DNA of 64,000 nt from Alphaproteobacteria bacterium GM7ARS4. GTDB taxonomy: Bacteria > Pseudomonadota > Alphaproteobacteria > GM7ARS4. The DNA lies in contig JACONL010000001.1 in assembly GCA_014332745.1 (NCBI GenBank), positions 28,687-92,686 of the forward strand, given 5' to 3'. The translations under genes and the position numbers were made by a program. The notes beneath the pieces were generated by a model that worked only from the letters and a program-made list of their open reading frames with translations, made no database searches and was not told the DNA's origin. The stretch's first letter is position 1. The number at the start of each line of letters is the position of its first letter. Below, one piece after another: positions 19,776 to 30,383 of the stretch.

Positions 19776-20907
19776 TGACAGAGCCTAAACGGTCGATGGC
19801 CATGACATGCACTTCACGCATGGCGCTCTCCTTCAACCATAGAGAGAGCATGCGCGCCGCTTCCCACGCCACCCTATCGCCTAACGCCACGCCTTGCGCA
19901 TGCGCCTCCTCCCACAAGGCTAACGCCGACGACGCCTCCCGATGACGACTCCCGATGTCCCGCTCCCCCTTTATCTCCCGCATGCATTGACGCAAAAAAT
20001 CCATATCCACACGCGAACGCCGCACATGAAGGTCACGCGCCCCAACCGCCAATTTCGATAATTTGCCAAAACCACCACATAATGTGAGTTTTCGTATAGG
20101 CTTGCCACGCATATAATTCACCATGCCCCCCACAAAATCACCCATGTCGATAATGGCATCCATAGGAAAATGGTAACGCTCACGCAAAACGCTCTCTGAT
20201 GTTCTGCCAGTCGCCGCCGCAATATGGTGATAGTTCTGCGCAACGGCAACGTCAATGCCCCGATGAATGGCATGAATCCAAGCCGAACATGAATAAGGCA
20301 CAACAATCCCCCTCGTCCCTAAAATCGATAAACCACCCTCAATCCCTAACCGACCATTCCACGTCTTCTGCGCTAAACGCGCCCCATCCTCCACATGAAT
20401 CGTCACATGCCACGTCCATCGCCCCCCTTTCATCCTCTGTGCTTCCCCTCCCCGTTGCGCCCGCAAAAACGATGTCATCATCGCCCTTGGCACTGGATTA
20501 ATGGCGGCCTCACCCACAGCAAGGGGAAGTCCCGCCTTCGTCACCATGCCCACACCCTCGCCTCCATGAAACAAGACACGGCAATTGTCGCCATCCATCA
20601 TGGTATCGTCCCAATCATAAGTCAGGGATACTTTCACCAACGCCCCATGGGTCACATCAGGGTCATCGCCTGAGTCTTTCATAACACACGCCCATGCCTC
20701 CCGTTTGTTCCCTTTGACGTCTATCCCCGATGACTCTATGGCGAAGGTGGCTTCTTTATCGTCATGGACAGGCCGTGGCAACAGGATACGCGTTGTGCGA
20801 CACGCCTCGTCCTCCATCAACAAACGGTAAGACGCCTGTAACGCTGCGGTGGCACAACTTCCCGTTGTCCATCCATGGCGTAATGACGTATTCCCCAGCG
20901 TCCTCAT
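19750..20907 (-). CDS. cbiD: Cobalt-precorrin-5B (C1)-methyltransferase CbiD
   Basis: N-terminal GWTTGSCATAA motif characteristic of CbiD. 385 aa. Confidence 0.85.
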   Translation of the reverse strand: MRTLGNTSLRHGWTTGSCATAALQASYRLLMEDEACRTTRILLPRPVHDDKEATFAIESSGIDVKGNKREAWACVMKDSGDDPDVTHGALVKVSLTYDWDDTMMDGDNCRVLFHGGEGVGMVTKAGLPLAVGEAAINPVPRAMMTSFLRAQRGGEAQRMKGGRWTWHVTIHVEDGARLAQKTWNGRLGIEGGLSILGTRGIVVPYSCSAWIHAIHRGIDVAVAQNYHHIAAATGRTSESVLRERYHFPMDAIIDMGDFVGGMVNYMRGKPIRKLTLCGGFGKLSKLAVGARDLHVRRSRVDMDFLRQCMREIKGERDIGSRHREASSALALWEEAHAQGVALGDRVAWEAARMLSLWLKESAMREVHVMAIDRLGSVIGEGVYGV

Positions 20908-21161
20908 GCCTCGCCTCCCGTCCCTTTACGAAGACGTATGATAAATTCAATGGGGCGGTCGCCTTGCGCGCATGTTTCAACACCAAGCCATGCATGCCCC
21001 CCGTTCTGACAATAGTGACGCACATCTTTTGGCGCATCCTTATCCGTGGCAAGCACCTCTAGGGTCTCGCCCGCTTGTAGCGCCTTCATCATCCTATGCG
21101 TCTTCAACACAGGAAGAGGACAACGCAACCCCCTGACATCCAATCTCTTCATCAGCATCAC
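20904..21161 (-). CDS. TusA-like sulfurtransferase-fold protein (SirA/YedF/YeeD family)
   Basis: 85 aa with the RCPLPVLKT CPxP motif. Stop overlaps the cbiD start (ATGA). Confidence 0.65.
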   Translation of the reverse strand: MMLMKRLDVRGLRCPLPVLKTHRMMKALQAGETLEVLATDKDAPKDVRHYCQNGGHAWLGVETCAQGDRPIEFIIRLRKGTGGEA

Positions 21162-21278
21162 CTAAAAGGATAACAATTGCATAAAGATGTATGAACGATA
21201 GGGTTTGCGGTTTATGCTCTATGGCCCTATATCTGTAGCATCCATCACTCAGCCTCCACCCCTATTATAGCCGTCCCT

Positions 21279-22322
21279 ATGATTGTCGAACGCCTTTTTT
21301 CTTACGGACTTTTCCTCTGCCTGCTGACTCTGTCCCTTATGCCAACCCCTCAGAGCATGGCGGACGAGACAAAGGGACTCCCCACACTCAAAGTGGCAAG
21401 CCTCCAATTTGGCACGGTCAACTGGCATCTCGATGTCATCAAACACCATCAGCTAGACAAAGCCCATGGCTTTCATCTCGATATTCTCCCCGTTGCCAGT
21501 AAAAATGCGGCCAGTGTCGCCTTGCAAGGAGGCGCCGCCGATATTATCGTCGGCGATTGGTTTTGGGTCTCGCGACAACGCACAAGCGGACGACTCTTTC
21601 ATTTTGCGCCTTACTCCACAGCAAGCGGCGGCTTGGTCATGGCATCGTCTTCCCAACAGCATGGACAACTCCAAGAACTCTTTCATAAGAGAATCGGTGT
21701 GGCAGGGGGAAGAATCGATAAAAATTGGCTTCTCATGCGCGCCTATAGTCTACAACAAAAAGGAACAGACATCGAAGACCATGTGGATGTCGTCTATGGC
21801 GCGCCGCCTCTTCTCAGCGCCCTCCTCAAACGAGGCGAAATAGACGGAGTCCTCACCTTCTGGCATTTCCAAGCGCGCCTAGAAGCCGATGACGACTATC
21901 ACACAGCCTTCCCCATGCACACCATCCTCACCGAACTCGGCATTACGCCCACCATTCCTATCAACGGATGGATTTTCTCTCAACCATGGGCGCAACAAAA
22001 CCCTCGCCTTCTTGACGCCTTCTTGAGCGCATCTCAGCAAGCATTCCACATCATGGCAACCTCTGACGACGAATGGCAACGCCTGAAACCCCACATGCAT
22101 GCGCCAGATGACAAAACATTCATTCGATTACGAGATGGCTACAGGCAAGGAATCCCTAAAGAATTTGGCACGGAAGAACAACAAGCCACAGAAAAACTCT
22201 TCCAACTGGTCGCCACATTGGGAGGCACAGAATTGGTGGGAAAAAGCAAACATATCAGTGAAGGCACTTTCTGGACCCATGGGACGACACCAGAAGAAGC
22301 GCCATCCCGCCATACCCCCTAA
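21279..22322 (+). CDS. ABC transporter substrate-binding protein, NitT/TauT (NMT1/SsuA-like) family
   Basis: Signal peptide followed by a periplasmic-binding fold. Precedes the cognate permease and ATPase genes. Confidence 0.65.
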   Translation: MIVERLFSYGLFLCLLTLSLMPTPQSMADETKGLPTLKVASLQFGTVNWHLDVIKHHQLDKAHGFHLDILPVASKNAASVALQGGAADIIVGDWFWVSRQRTSGRLFHFAPYSTASGGLVMASSSQQHGQLQELFHKRIGVAGGRIDKNWLLMRAYSLQQKGTDIEDHVDVVYGAPPLLSALLKRGEIDGVLTFWHFQARLEADDDYHTAFPMHTILTELGITPTIPINGWIFSQPWAQQNPRLLDAFLSASQQAFHIMATSDDEWQRLKPHMHAPDDKTFIRLRDGYRQGIPKEFGTEEQQATEKLFQLVATLGGTELVGKSKHISEGTFWTHGTTPEEAPSRHTP

Positions 22323-22357
22323 AAACGCGCAACAGGCCATAGCCCTCCATAGACACC

Positions 22358-23128
22358 ATGAGAGCGTTCCAATTCCCCCTATTGCGCCATCGCTCGACCG
22401 TGCGACTCCTTGCCATCATCGTCTTCTTGTCTATGTGGACCATCACAGCCTCCCTTATCGATAATGAGACATCCCTGCCTAGCCCATTCTCCGTCCTCTA
22501 TGCCATCACGCACCATACCCAACAGGGCGATTTGTTTTACCATATCGGTATCACCCTCTATCGCGTCCTCACAGCCTTCATCATCGCCATGGCCCTTGGC
22601 ACCATCATCGGTATCCTCATGGGACATTTTCCCCGTATCAACACGGCACTAGACGACCTGCTTATCATCGCCCTCAATGTCCCCGCCCTTATTGTCATCA
22701 TCCTCTGTTTTCTCTGGTTTGGCCTCAACGAACTCAGCGCCCTCCTCGCCGTCATTATCAATAAAGTCCCCCTCGTCGTCAGTATCATGCGGGAAGGCGC
22801 ACGTAGTGTGGACAAAGCACTCCTCGATGTGGCATACCTCTACAGACTGCCCCTGCTCACGACACTAAGATATGTTTACCTCCCACAGATTTATCCCTCC
22901 TTCATGGCTGCCTCCCGCTCTGGCCTCTCGCTCATATGGAAAATTGTCCTCGTCGTCGAATTGCTCGGCCGCCCCAACGGAGTCGGATTCCAAGTACAAA
23001 CCTATTTTCACCTCTTCGATATCACCAGTATCCTCGCCTATACATGCGTCTTTGTCGCCATCGTCCTCGCCATTGATATTTTTATGATACGCCCCTTCGA
23101 ACATCGTGCCACACGATGGCGCCTATGA
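22358..23128 (+). CDS. ABC transporter permease, NitT/TauT family
   Basis: Six TM helices. EAA-like loop (…AASRSGLSLIWKIVLVVELLG…). Confidence 0.75.
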   Translation: MRAFQFPLLRHRSTVRLLAIIVFLSMWTITASLIDNETSLPSPFSVLYAITHHTQQGDLFYHIGITLYRVLTAFIIAMALGTIIGILMGHFPRINTALDDLLIIALNVPALIVIILCFLWFGLNELSALLAVIINKVPLVVSIMREGARSVDKALLDVAYLYRLPLLTTLRYVYLPQIYPSFMAASRSGLSLIWKIVLVVELLGRPNGVGFQVQTYFHLFDITSILAYTCVFVAIVLAIDIFMIRPFEHRATRWRL

Positions 23129-23850
23129 CACTCAACGTCCATATTCAAGAAAAATCCTATATCAAAGCCGAAGGGCAACAGCATCACGTCCTTGGCACGA
23201 TAACATTCTCCCTACGAGAAAAAGAGTTCATGTGCCTCTCTGGACCATCTGGTTGCGGAAAAACAACCTTGCTCAATATCATCGCTGGCCTCGAACCATG
23301 TCCCCACGCAACAATAGACTTCGCAACACACGATACCCACGCCTCACAAAAAATCGCTTATGTCTTCCAAGAACCCCGCCTTATGCCATGGCTCAACGTC
23401 ATGGATAATGTGACCCTCGTCACCGATAACAGCCATGCCACAAAAGAAGAAGCACGACAACTCCTCCACGCCATGGGCCTTGGCGATGTCCACAAGGAAT
23501 TCCCCAACCGATTGTCTGGCGGCATGCAAAGACGAGTCGCTCTGGCAAGAGCCTTCATCACCAAACCCCAATTGCTCTTGATGGATGAACCCTTCGTCTC
23601 CCTTGACCCCCCTCTCGCCCAATCCTTACGCACCATCCTCCTGTCTTTATGGACAAAGCACCCCACAACGATCCTCTTTATTACCCACGATATTAAGGAA
23701 GCGCTCTTCCTCTCTGACCGCATACTTTTTATGGACGGAAAACCAACAACGATTACGTTAGACTATAGAGTCGATAAGCCAAGACCAAGAACATCCATCA
23801 CGCAAAGAGATATCGATGCCATCCAACAAAAACGCCTATCGACAGCGTAA
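23116..23850 (+). CDS. ABC transporter ATP-binding protein
   Basis: Walker A GPSGCGKTT, signature LSGGMQRRVALARA, Walker B LLLMDEPF. Confidence 0.85.
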   Translation: MAPMTLNVHIQEKSYIKAEGQQHHVLGTITFSLREKEFMCLSGPSGCGKTTLLNIIAGLEPCPHATIDFATHDTHASQKIAYVFQEPRLMPWLNVMDNVTLVTDNSHATKEEARQLLHAMGLGDVHKEFPNRLSGGMQRRVALARAFITKPQLLLMDEPFVSLDPPLAQSLRTILLSLWTKHPTTILFITHDIKEALFLSDRILFMDGKPTTITLDYRVDKPRPRTSITQRDIDAIQQKRLSTA

Positions 23851-23883
23851 CAGGAAACCAATCCATCATCACACAACGAACAC

Positions 23884-25245
23884 ATGACGAAAAAAAGACA
23901 GACGACCACAGGCCAAGCACACGCAAAAAAAACCGCGCCAAAAGCCTCACCGAAAAAACGCAACGTCACCGACCATCTCCATGGCGCTCTCACCCATCTC
24001 CAAAGCCACGTCCAAGATGCCGTCGCCCAAGGAAAAAAATACGCCCCCATTGTGAAACAACACGGCCATGCCGTCCATAAAACATTGATGGAGAAACGCC
24101 ATATCTGGCAATCCCCACGCTTCATCGCACTCAGCCTGTTTGTCCTCGCCAGCACATGGATTATGAGCGGACGCCTCTTCTCTCAAGAAGACACGCCGTC
24201 CGTCCTCAACGGAACAGAGATACGCCCCTCTGTCGTCATCAAAGCCTCACAAGCACAGCCTCACGCCCAACATATTATCCTCAGAGGACAAACAGAACCC
24301 TCACGTATCGTCCCCTTACGCACACTGGGCGAAGGACACGTCATCGATGTCCTCTTCGACAAGGGACGTATCGTCAAAAAAGACGACATCATCATTCAAT
24401 TAGACCCAGAAGACTTGCCCGAACAAAAAAAAGAAGCCGAAGCATTCTTGGAAGAAGCACGTATCGAATACGACGCATCAGCAAACCTCACGGTGAAGGG
24501 ATACCGCTCCCAACTCAATACCGCAGGCGCACGTAAGAAATTTTATGCCGCCACAGCATCCTTGAGCCGTATCACCTACGCCATCCAGCATATGTCGCTA
24601 CGCGCACCCTTCGATGGTATCCTCATCGAACGCCACGCTGAACTAGGAAGCTACCTCAAAAAAGGAGACCAAGCAGGAACAATCGTCGACCTAGACCCCC
24701 TTCTCCTCACCGCTGAAGTCAGCGAAGATGATATTCTCAGACTGCAAGAACAGGGAGACGTAACAGCAACCCTCGCCAACGGCACAACATTGAAAGGCGC
24801 ACTACGCTACACGTCCCAAGCCGCCAACGAACAAACACGAACGTTTCGCATCGAAGCGGAAGTCGACAACCCCCAACACACAATCCCCGCTGGATTGTCA
24901 GCAGAGATGTACATCGCCCTCGATGCCGTCATGGCACACAACGTCAAACACTCTGCTCTCACCATCAACGATGAGGGTGTCATCGGCGTCAAAGCCATCG
25001 ATGACACAGAAACAATTGTCTTCTACCCCGTCACCCTCATTGCCGATACCCAAGAAGGACTATGGCTGAGCGGACTGCCAGACACATTGCATATTGTGAC
25101 AAGAGGACAAGACTTCGTCAATGACGGACAGCATGTCCAAGCCTTCTTCGAAGATGATAGACCCTTTGTCGCCTCCTCTCACCACGAACCCCATGCTGAC
25201 AATGTCGACAGCCAACCCCTGACACCCGAACATAGCGTCCAATAA
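23884..25245 (+). CDS. Efflux RND transporter periplasmic adaptor subunit (membrane fusion protein) with Lys-rich N-terminal cytoplasmic tail
   Basis: Single TM helix followed by HlyD/biotin-lipoyl-like and beta-barrel MFP domains. Immediately upstream of the RND pump. Confidence 0.7.
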   Translation: MTKKRQTTTGQAHAKKTAPKASPKKRNVTDHLHGALTHLQSHVQDAVAQGKKYAPIVKQHGHAVHKTLMEKRHIWQSPRFIALSLFVLASTWIMSGRLFSQEDTPSVLNGTEIRPSVVIKASQAQPHAQHIILRGQTEPSRIVPLRTLGEGHVIDVLFDKGRIVKKDDIIIQLDPEDLPEQKKEAEAFLEEARIEYDASANLTVKGYRSQLNTAGARKKFYAATASLSRITYAIQHMSLRAPFDGILIERHAELGSYLKKGDQAGTIVDLDPLLLTAEVSEDDILRLQEQGDVTATLANGTTLKGALRYTSQAANEQTRTFRIEAEVDNPQHTIPAGLSAEMYIALDAVMAHNVKHSALTINDEGVIGVKAIDDTETIVFYPVTLIADTQEGLWLSGLPDTLHIVTRGQDFVNDGQHVQAFFEDDRPFVASSHHEPHADNVDSQPLTPEHSVQ

Positions 25246-25249
25246 GACC

Positions 25250-28200
25250 ATGGCAAGCATCGTCGACACATGCATAAGTTCAGCACGGGCCATGGTGTCG
25301 ACCCTCATCTTCCTTGTCATTGCTGGTCTCGTCACGTTCCAAACCATCCCGCGAGAAGCAGAACCCGACATCACCATCCCGACAATCTACGTCTCCGTCA
25401 ACCATTTTGGCATATCCCCCGAAGATGCCGAACGCTTGCTGGTCAGACCTATGGAGCAAGAACTCAATAGCATCGAGGGTATCAAAGAAATGCGCTCCTC
25501 CTCTTTCGAGGGCGGAGGAAATATCATCCTCGAATTCAATCCCGACGTGGATATTGATGAAGCTCTGTCGGACGTGCGCGCCAATGTCGATACAGCAAAG
25601 AGCAAATTGCCACAGGACGCCGAAGAACCCGTCGTACGCGAAATCAATCTCAGCCTGTTCCCTATCCTCGTTGTCACCTTGTCCGGCGACATCCCCGAAC
25701 GTAGCCTGCTCGCCACCGCCACCTCCCTACAGCAAAAACTACGCGCCTTGCCTCGCGTCCTGAAAGCCGACATTGTAGGAAAGCGCAAACAACAAGTCGA
25801 CGTCATCATTGACCCGCTGAAAATACAAAGCTATGGCTTGACGGCACAAGATGTCCTCACCACCCTGAGCCGTAGCAATATCCTCGTCGCCAGCGGCGTC
25901 CTCGACGCCGGACAAGGGAATTTCGCTATCAAAGTGCCCGGACTCATCGAAACAGCACAGGAATTCCAAAATCTCCCCATAAAAGTCGACCGCAATGCCG
26001 CCGTCACCTTAGGCGATATTGCCGAAATTCGACAAGGATTCGAAGACCCCAAAGGCTTCGCACGCATCAACGGACAGAGAGCACTCGCCATCGAAATATC
26101 AAAACGCACGGGAGAAAATATCGTCGCCACCATAGACGATGTCAAACGGCTGGTACAGCAAGAACAAACGCGCATGCCAAGCAATATCAACGTCATCTAC
26201 ACGCAAAATAAGGCAACACGTATCAAAGATATGCTCAGTGAGTTGCAAAATAGCGTCATTCTCTCTGTTCTTCTCGTCATTGGCATTACTATTATCGCCC
26301 TTGGCGTGAGGGCGTCTCTGCTCGTCTGCGTCTCGATCCCAGGCGCCTTCTTCGCCGGGATTTTTATCCTTGGCCTGCTCGGTGTCACCCTCAATGTCGT
26401 TGTCCTCTTCTCACTCATCTTGACGGTGGGCATGCTCGTGGATGGCGTCATCGTCGTGACGGAATATGCTGACAGAATGATGCATTTAGGCCATGACCGT
26501 AAGCAAGCCTATGCTCTCGCCAGCAAACGTATGGGAACACCCGTTATCGTCTCGACCATGACGACTCTGACGGCGTTCATGCCTTTGCTGTTTTGGCCCG
26601 GCATTGTCGGTGAATTTATGGTGTATCTCCCTCTCACCCTCATCGTTGTCTTGACGGCATCCCTCGCTATGGCGCTCTTATTTGTGCCAACGATAGGCGC
26701 GTATGTTGGCGCGCCCGGCGCCCTCGACGCCCAGTCGCTCAGCACATTGCAAGCAGGAGAAAGCGGTAAATTCGTCAATATGTCGCCATGGGCAACGAAA
26801 TACCTGCAGATTATGACCATGTGTTTACGCCATCCCGCCCGTGTCGTCATGCTCGCCGTGGGCGCATTGTTCTTGACGCAATTTCTGTATGCGTCCTTTG
26901 GTAAAGGCGTCGAGTTTTTCCCAAAAGTCGAACCCGACACGGCCGTTCTTCAAGTCCACGCCAGAGGCAACCTCTCTGTCTATGAAAAAGACGCCATCAT
27001 GCAGAGCATCGAACAAAGTATCCTCGATATGCACGGAGTCGAAAGCTTCTACACACGCACCGGGAAGAGCGGGGGCGGGCAAGATAAGCCAGAAGACATT
27101 ATTGGCTCAGTCTTCATCAGCTTCGCCCATTGGCAGAGCAGACCAAAAGCAAGTGTCATCCTCGAAGAGGTGGAAAGACGCCTCGAAAAGCACCGCGGTC
27201 TCTTCGTCGAAATCACAAAGCCAAAGGCCGGCCCCCCCGTGGGAAAAGATATACAGATACGCATATCAGCCCTCAATCCCGAAGAACTCCAAAGGAGCGC
27301 CGACAAGATTATCGAACGCCTACGCAAAAACCCCCATGTCGTCAATATCGATGAAGGACTCTCCATCCCCGGCATAGAATGGCGTATGGATGTGAATCGC
27401 ATCGAAGCGACACGCGCCAACGCCGACATCACAACCATCGGACAAGCTGTTCAACTCATCACCCGCGGTATCAAAATCACCGAATACCGCCCTGACGATA
27501 GTTTTGACGAAATCGATATCCGCATCCGTTTTCCAGAAAAAAATCGCAACCTTGACGAACTCAATCGCCTCTTCCTTAAAACACAACAAGGGGATGTCCC
27601 TGTGAGCAACTTCACAGAACGCGTCCCCCATCAAAAAGTGGGTATCATACGTAGGACAGACTCGGTGCGTTCCGTCACCATTAAAGCCGATGTGGCCTCT
27701 GGTGTCCTTGCCGATGATATTGTCCAACCCCTTAAAAAGACGCTCGCCTCTATGACGTTCCCGCCAAGTGTCACCGTCCAATTCAAAGGTGAGGACGAAG
27801 AGCAAAAAAAAGCCGCTGCCTTCCTACAAAAAGCCTTTGGCGTCGCGCTCTTTTCCATCATGATCATTCTTATCGCCCAATTTAACTCGTTCTTTAGCAC
27901 ATTCCTTATCCTCACAACGATCATTATGTCCACGATCGGTGTCTTCCTTGGACTGCTCGTTGCCAATCTTGCCTTCAGTATCGTCATGAGCGGTATTGGT
28001 ATCATTGCCCTCGCTGGCATCGTCGTCAATAATAACATCATCCTTATCGATACATGGATGAAGGTCCGTCAGCACTGCAAGGATGAAAGAGACGCCATCC
28101 TCCGCACAGGCATACAAAGACTACGTCCCGTGTTGCTGACAACCATCACGACTATTTTTGGCTTACTTCCCGTGATGCTCGGTATCAATATCGACTTTAT

Positions 28201-28600
28201 CGAACGCGACATATCCCAAGGCGCCCCATCCTCCCAATTCTGGCAACAATTGGCAACAAGCCTCGTCTTTGGACTCGCCTTCGCCACCATCCTCACGCTG
28301 GTCGTCACCCCGAGCGCCCTCATGCTGTTCGCCCAATGGCAAGGATATTCACGTCAAGAGCGCTATGACGCCATACGGAACACAGCACAGAACATCGCCC
28401 AACAGGCCCAAAAGACGTACGATAAAGCACAAACGGCAGAGAAAAAAGCGCGCCCCCATATCCTCTCCTTCATAGGAAAGGTAAGAGCATGGCTCAAAAA
28501 GAGAAAGACAACAACAAAAGCGCACCAGAAAAACCGCCGTATCACATACAAACAAGCAGATAACCCACGCACCCCATCACCTAAAAAGGAGTCCGCCTAG
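25250..28600 (+). CDS. RND efflux transporter permease (AcrB/AcrD/AcrF, HAE1 family)
   Basis: 1116 aa with the 12-TM ACR_tran architecture. N-terminus FQTIPREAEPDITIPTIYVSVNHFGISPEDAERLLVRPME. Confidence 0.9.
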   Translation: MASIVDTCISSARAMVSTLIFLVIAGLVTFQTIPREAEPDITIPTIYVSVNHFGISPEDAERLLVRPMEQELNSIEGIKEMRSSSFEGGGNIILEFNPDVDIDEALSDVRANVDTAKSKLPQDAEEPVVREINLSLFPILVVTLSGDIPERSLLATATSLQQKLRALPRVLKADIVGKRKQQVDVIIDPLKIQSYGLTAQDVLTTLSRSNILVASGVLDAGQGNFAIKVPGLIETAQEFQNLPIKVDRNAAVTLGDIAEIRQGFEDPKGFARINGQRALAIEISKRTGENIVATIDDVKRLVQQEQTRMPSNINVIYTQNKATRIKDMLSELQNSVILSVLLVIGITIIALGVRASLLVCVSIPGAFFAGIFILGLLGVTLNVVVLFSLILTVGMLVDGVIVVTEYADRMMHLGHDRKQAYALASKRMGTPVIVSTMTTLTAFMPLLFWPGIVGEFMVYLPLTLIVVLTASLAMALLFVPTIGAYVGAPGALDAQSLSTLQAGESGKFVNMSPWATKYLQIMTMCLRHPARVVMLAVGALFLTQFLYASFGKGVEFFPKVEPDTAVLQVHARGNLSVYEKDAIMQSIEQSILDMHGVESFYTRTGKSGGGQDKPEDIIGSVFISFAHWQSRPKASVILEEVERRLEKHRGLFVEITKPKAGPPVGKDIQIRISALNPEELQRSADKIIERLRKNPHVVNIDEGLSIPGIEWRMDVNRIEATRANADITTIGQAVQLITRGIKITEYRPDDSFDEIDIRIRFPEKNRNLDELNRLFLKTQQGDVPVSNFTERVPHQKVGIIRRTDSVRSVTIKADVASGVLADDIVQPLKKTLASMTFPPSVTVQFKGEDEEQKKAAAFLQKAFGVALFSIMIILIAQFNSFFSTFLILTTIIMSTIGVFLGLLVANLAFSIVMSGIGIIALAGIVVNNNIILIDTWMKVRQHCKDERDAILRTGIQRLRPVLLTTITTIFGLLPVMLGINIDFIERDISQGAPSSQFWQQLATSLVFGLAFATILTLVVTPSALMLFAQWQGYSRQERYDAIRNTAQNIAQQAQKTYDKAQTAEKKARPHILSFIGKVRAWLKKRKTTTKAHQKNRRITYKQADNPRTPSPKKESA

Positions 28601-29340
28601 GACGACTCCCCCTTAGGACGACTCCACGCCACACATATCATGCTCACAGGAATAGACAAGGCATAAAGCCCTATCACCATGAGCATAAAGAGCCAAAAAT
28701 TCATCCATGCGAGCAACAGCGCCACAGCAAGAACATAGACAGACCTTCCTACCAGCGGGCGAAGATTCTTAAGGGAAAAAGAAGGAAAACGCGCCAACAT
28801 CAATATCCCACTCACCGTCAGCACCAACGCACAGACCCATGGCGATACATAGGACACACCATCGCTATAAAAGACGAGAATCATCGGGAAAATACAAAAC
28901 CCTGTGGCGCCAGGAGAAGATAAACCGCTAAAATAAAGGTGGGAGGAATTCTTGCTCCCCCCTTGATTAAAACGCGCCAAACGAAGAGCAGCACAGATCA
29001 CATAAAATAACGCCGCCACACCGATAAAGGCATGGGGCGCATGGCGAAGAGACCACTCGTAGAGAAGAAAGGCTGGCACACACCCAAAACTAATGACATC
29101 GGCAAGAGAATCTAAATCCTTGCCAAAGCCCGTCCCCGCCCCTAAAGAACGCGCTAAACGCCCATCGATATTATCTAGCACAGACGCAATGATGACGGCA
29201 AGCACCGCATGCTCCCACGCCCCATGCAAGGCAAAATAAAAAGAAAGAATGCCACATGATAAATTCATGAGCGTCACCCCGTTCGTCAAAAAACGAGCCC
29301 AAGCACTATCATAGAGATATTCGCGCAATTTGATATACAT
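28597..29340 (-). CDS. pssA: CDP-diacylglycerol--serine O-phosphatidyltransferase (CDP-alcohol phosphatidyltransferase family)
   Basis: DG(x2)AR(x8)G(x3)D(x3)D motif (DNIDGRLARSLGAGTGFGKDLDSLAD). Polytopic. Paired with psd. Confidence 0.8.
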   Translation of the reverse strand: MYIKLREYLYDSAWARFLTNGVTLMNLSCGILSFYFALHGAWEHAVLAVIIASVLDNIDGRLARSLGAGTGFGKDLDSLADVISFGCVPAFLLYEWSLRHAPHAFIGVAALFYVICAALRLARFNQGGSKNSSHLYFSGLSSPGATGFCIFPMILVFYSDGVSYVSPWVCALVLTVSGILMLARFPSFSLKNLRPLVGRSVYVLAVALLLAWMNFWLFMLMVIGLYALSIPVSMICVAWSRPKGESS

Positions 29341-29361
29341 AGCAAATGTCCTACTCTTTCC

Positions 29362-30177
29362 TCACCCTGACGGCGACCCCTGACTCCTTGATGGTGACCC
29401 CTTATGCTCTGACGTCTCTGTTTTCGTTTTCGGTTGAGAAGACGCCCACGTCTTCTCTCCTTCTACCACTTTTTTACCATGTGTCATAGGAATCGACGCA
29501 AGAATCGTCTCGCCACCAATCGCCGTCTGACCCTCACTGACATGAATTGTCGCCTCCAGAGGCATGTAGATATCGACCCTCGAGCCAAAGCGAATAATGC
29601 CAAAACGTTGCCCCATATCCACATCCTCACCCTCCTCCACATCGGCGCGAATCCGACGCGCCACATACCCCGCCACCTGCACCACAACAAAGGACACCCC
29701 ATCCTCACGCACAACATGCATGATGACACGTTCATTTTTTAGACTCGCACGCTCCAAAACAGCGTTCATAAAAACACCCTTCACATGCACCTTTTTCTTA
29801 ACAACACCACGCACAGGCATCCTATTCACATGAACATTAAAGAGATTCATAAAAACACTGACGCGATACATCTCGCCCACCGCACAACCCGCCTGCTCAG
29901 GAGGCGATGCGCGCACAACAGGAAGCACCATGCCATCAGCGCTACTGACAACGGCATCAACCTCTTGGGGAGGCACACGTTCAGGATCGCGAAAAAAATA
30001 GATACACCATAACGTCAGAACAAAACCAAAAGCGCCCAAGGTCAACGATATGAGCGCCAATAAATAAGACACAGCGCCAAAGACTAAAATAAAGACCCAA
30101 CCATCAGAGTGCATCGGCACCATGACGTTCTTAAAAAGCATAAGGATGGACTCGAAAAGCCCCTTATGGTCACCCAT
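29362..30177 (-). CDS. psd: Phosphatidylserine decarboxylase proenzyme (short alphaproteobacterial type)
   Basis: N-terminal TM segment and FGSR self-cleavage site (RFGSRVDIYMP). Start likely M at 30177 rather than 30264. Confidence 0.75.
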   Translation of the reverse strand: MGDHKGLFESILMLFKNVMVPMHSDGWVFILVFGAVSYLLALISLTLGAFGFVLTLWCIYFFRDPERVPPQEVDAVVSSADGMVLPVVRASPPEQAGCAVGEMYRVSVFMNLFNVHVNRMPVRGVVKKKVHVKGVFMNAVLERASLKNERVIMHVVREDGVSFVVVQVAGYVARRIRADVEEGEDVDMGQRFGIIRFGSRVDIYMPLEATIHVSEGQTAIGGETILASIPMTHGKKVVEGEKTWASSQPKTKTETSEHKGSPSRSQGSPSG

Positions 30178-30383
30178 AGACTCCGTCTTCGACCCCTTCT
30201 TCTGCCCGCCCTCTTGTGTCCCTTTTGTAGAAGACTCTTTCGACATGCTCACTCTTATATACAATCATTCATATGACGCCATGACAAGGCATGACATAAT
30301 CCCATGACATAACGCCATGACACAGACGCCACGCCCGCATACAATGCCTATGCGCACGCACCATCCACATTGCCGATACTATC

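Noticed and set aside
28583-28626. Inverted repeat (ggagtc…gactcc) and 13-nt direct repeat (taggacgactcc) where the RND pump and pssA genes converge and share a ctag stop overlap
   Set aside because: The stem is short (6 bp) with a 10-nt loop and lies within both coding 3' ends. A bidirectional terminator is plausible but weak, so it is not listed as a feature.
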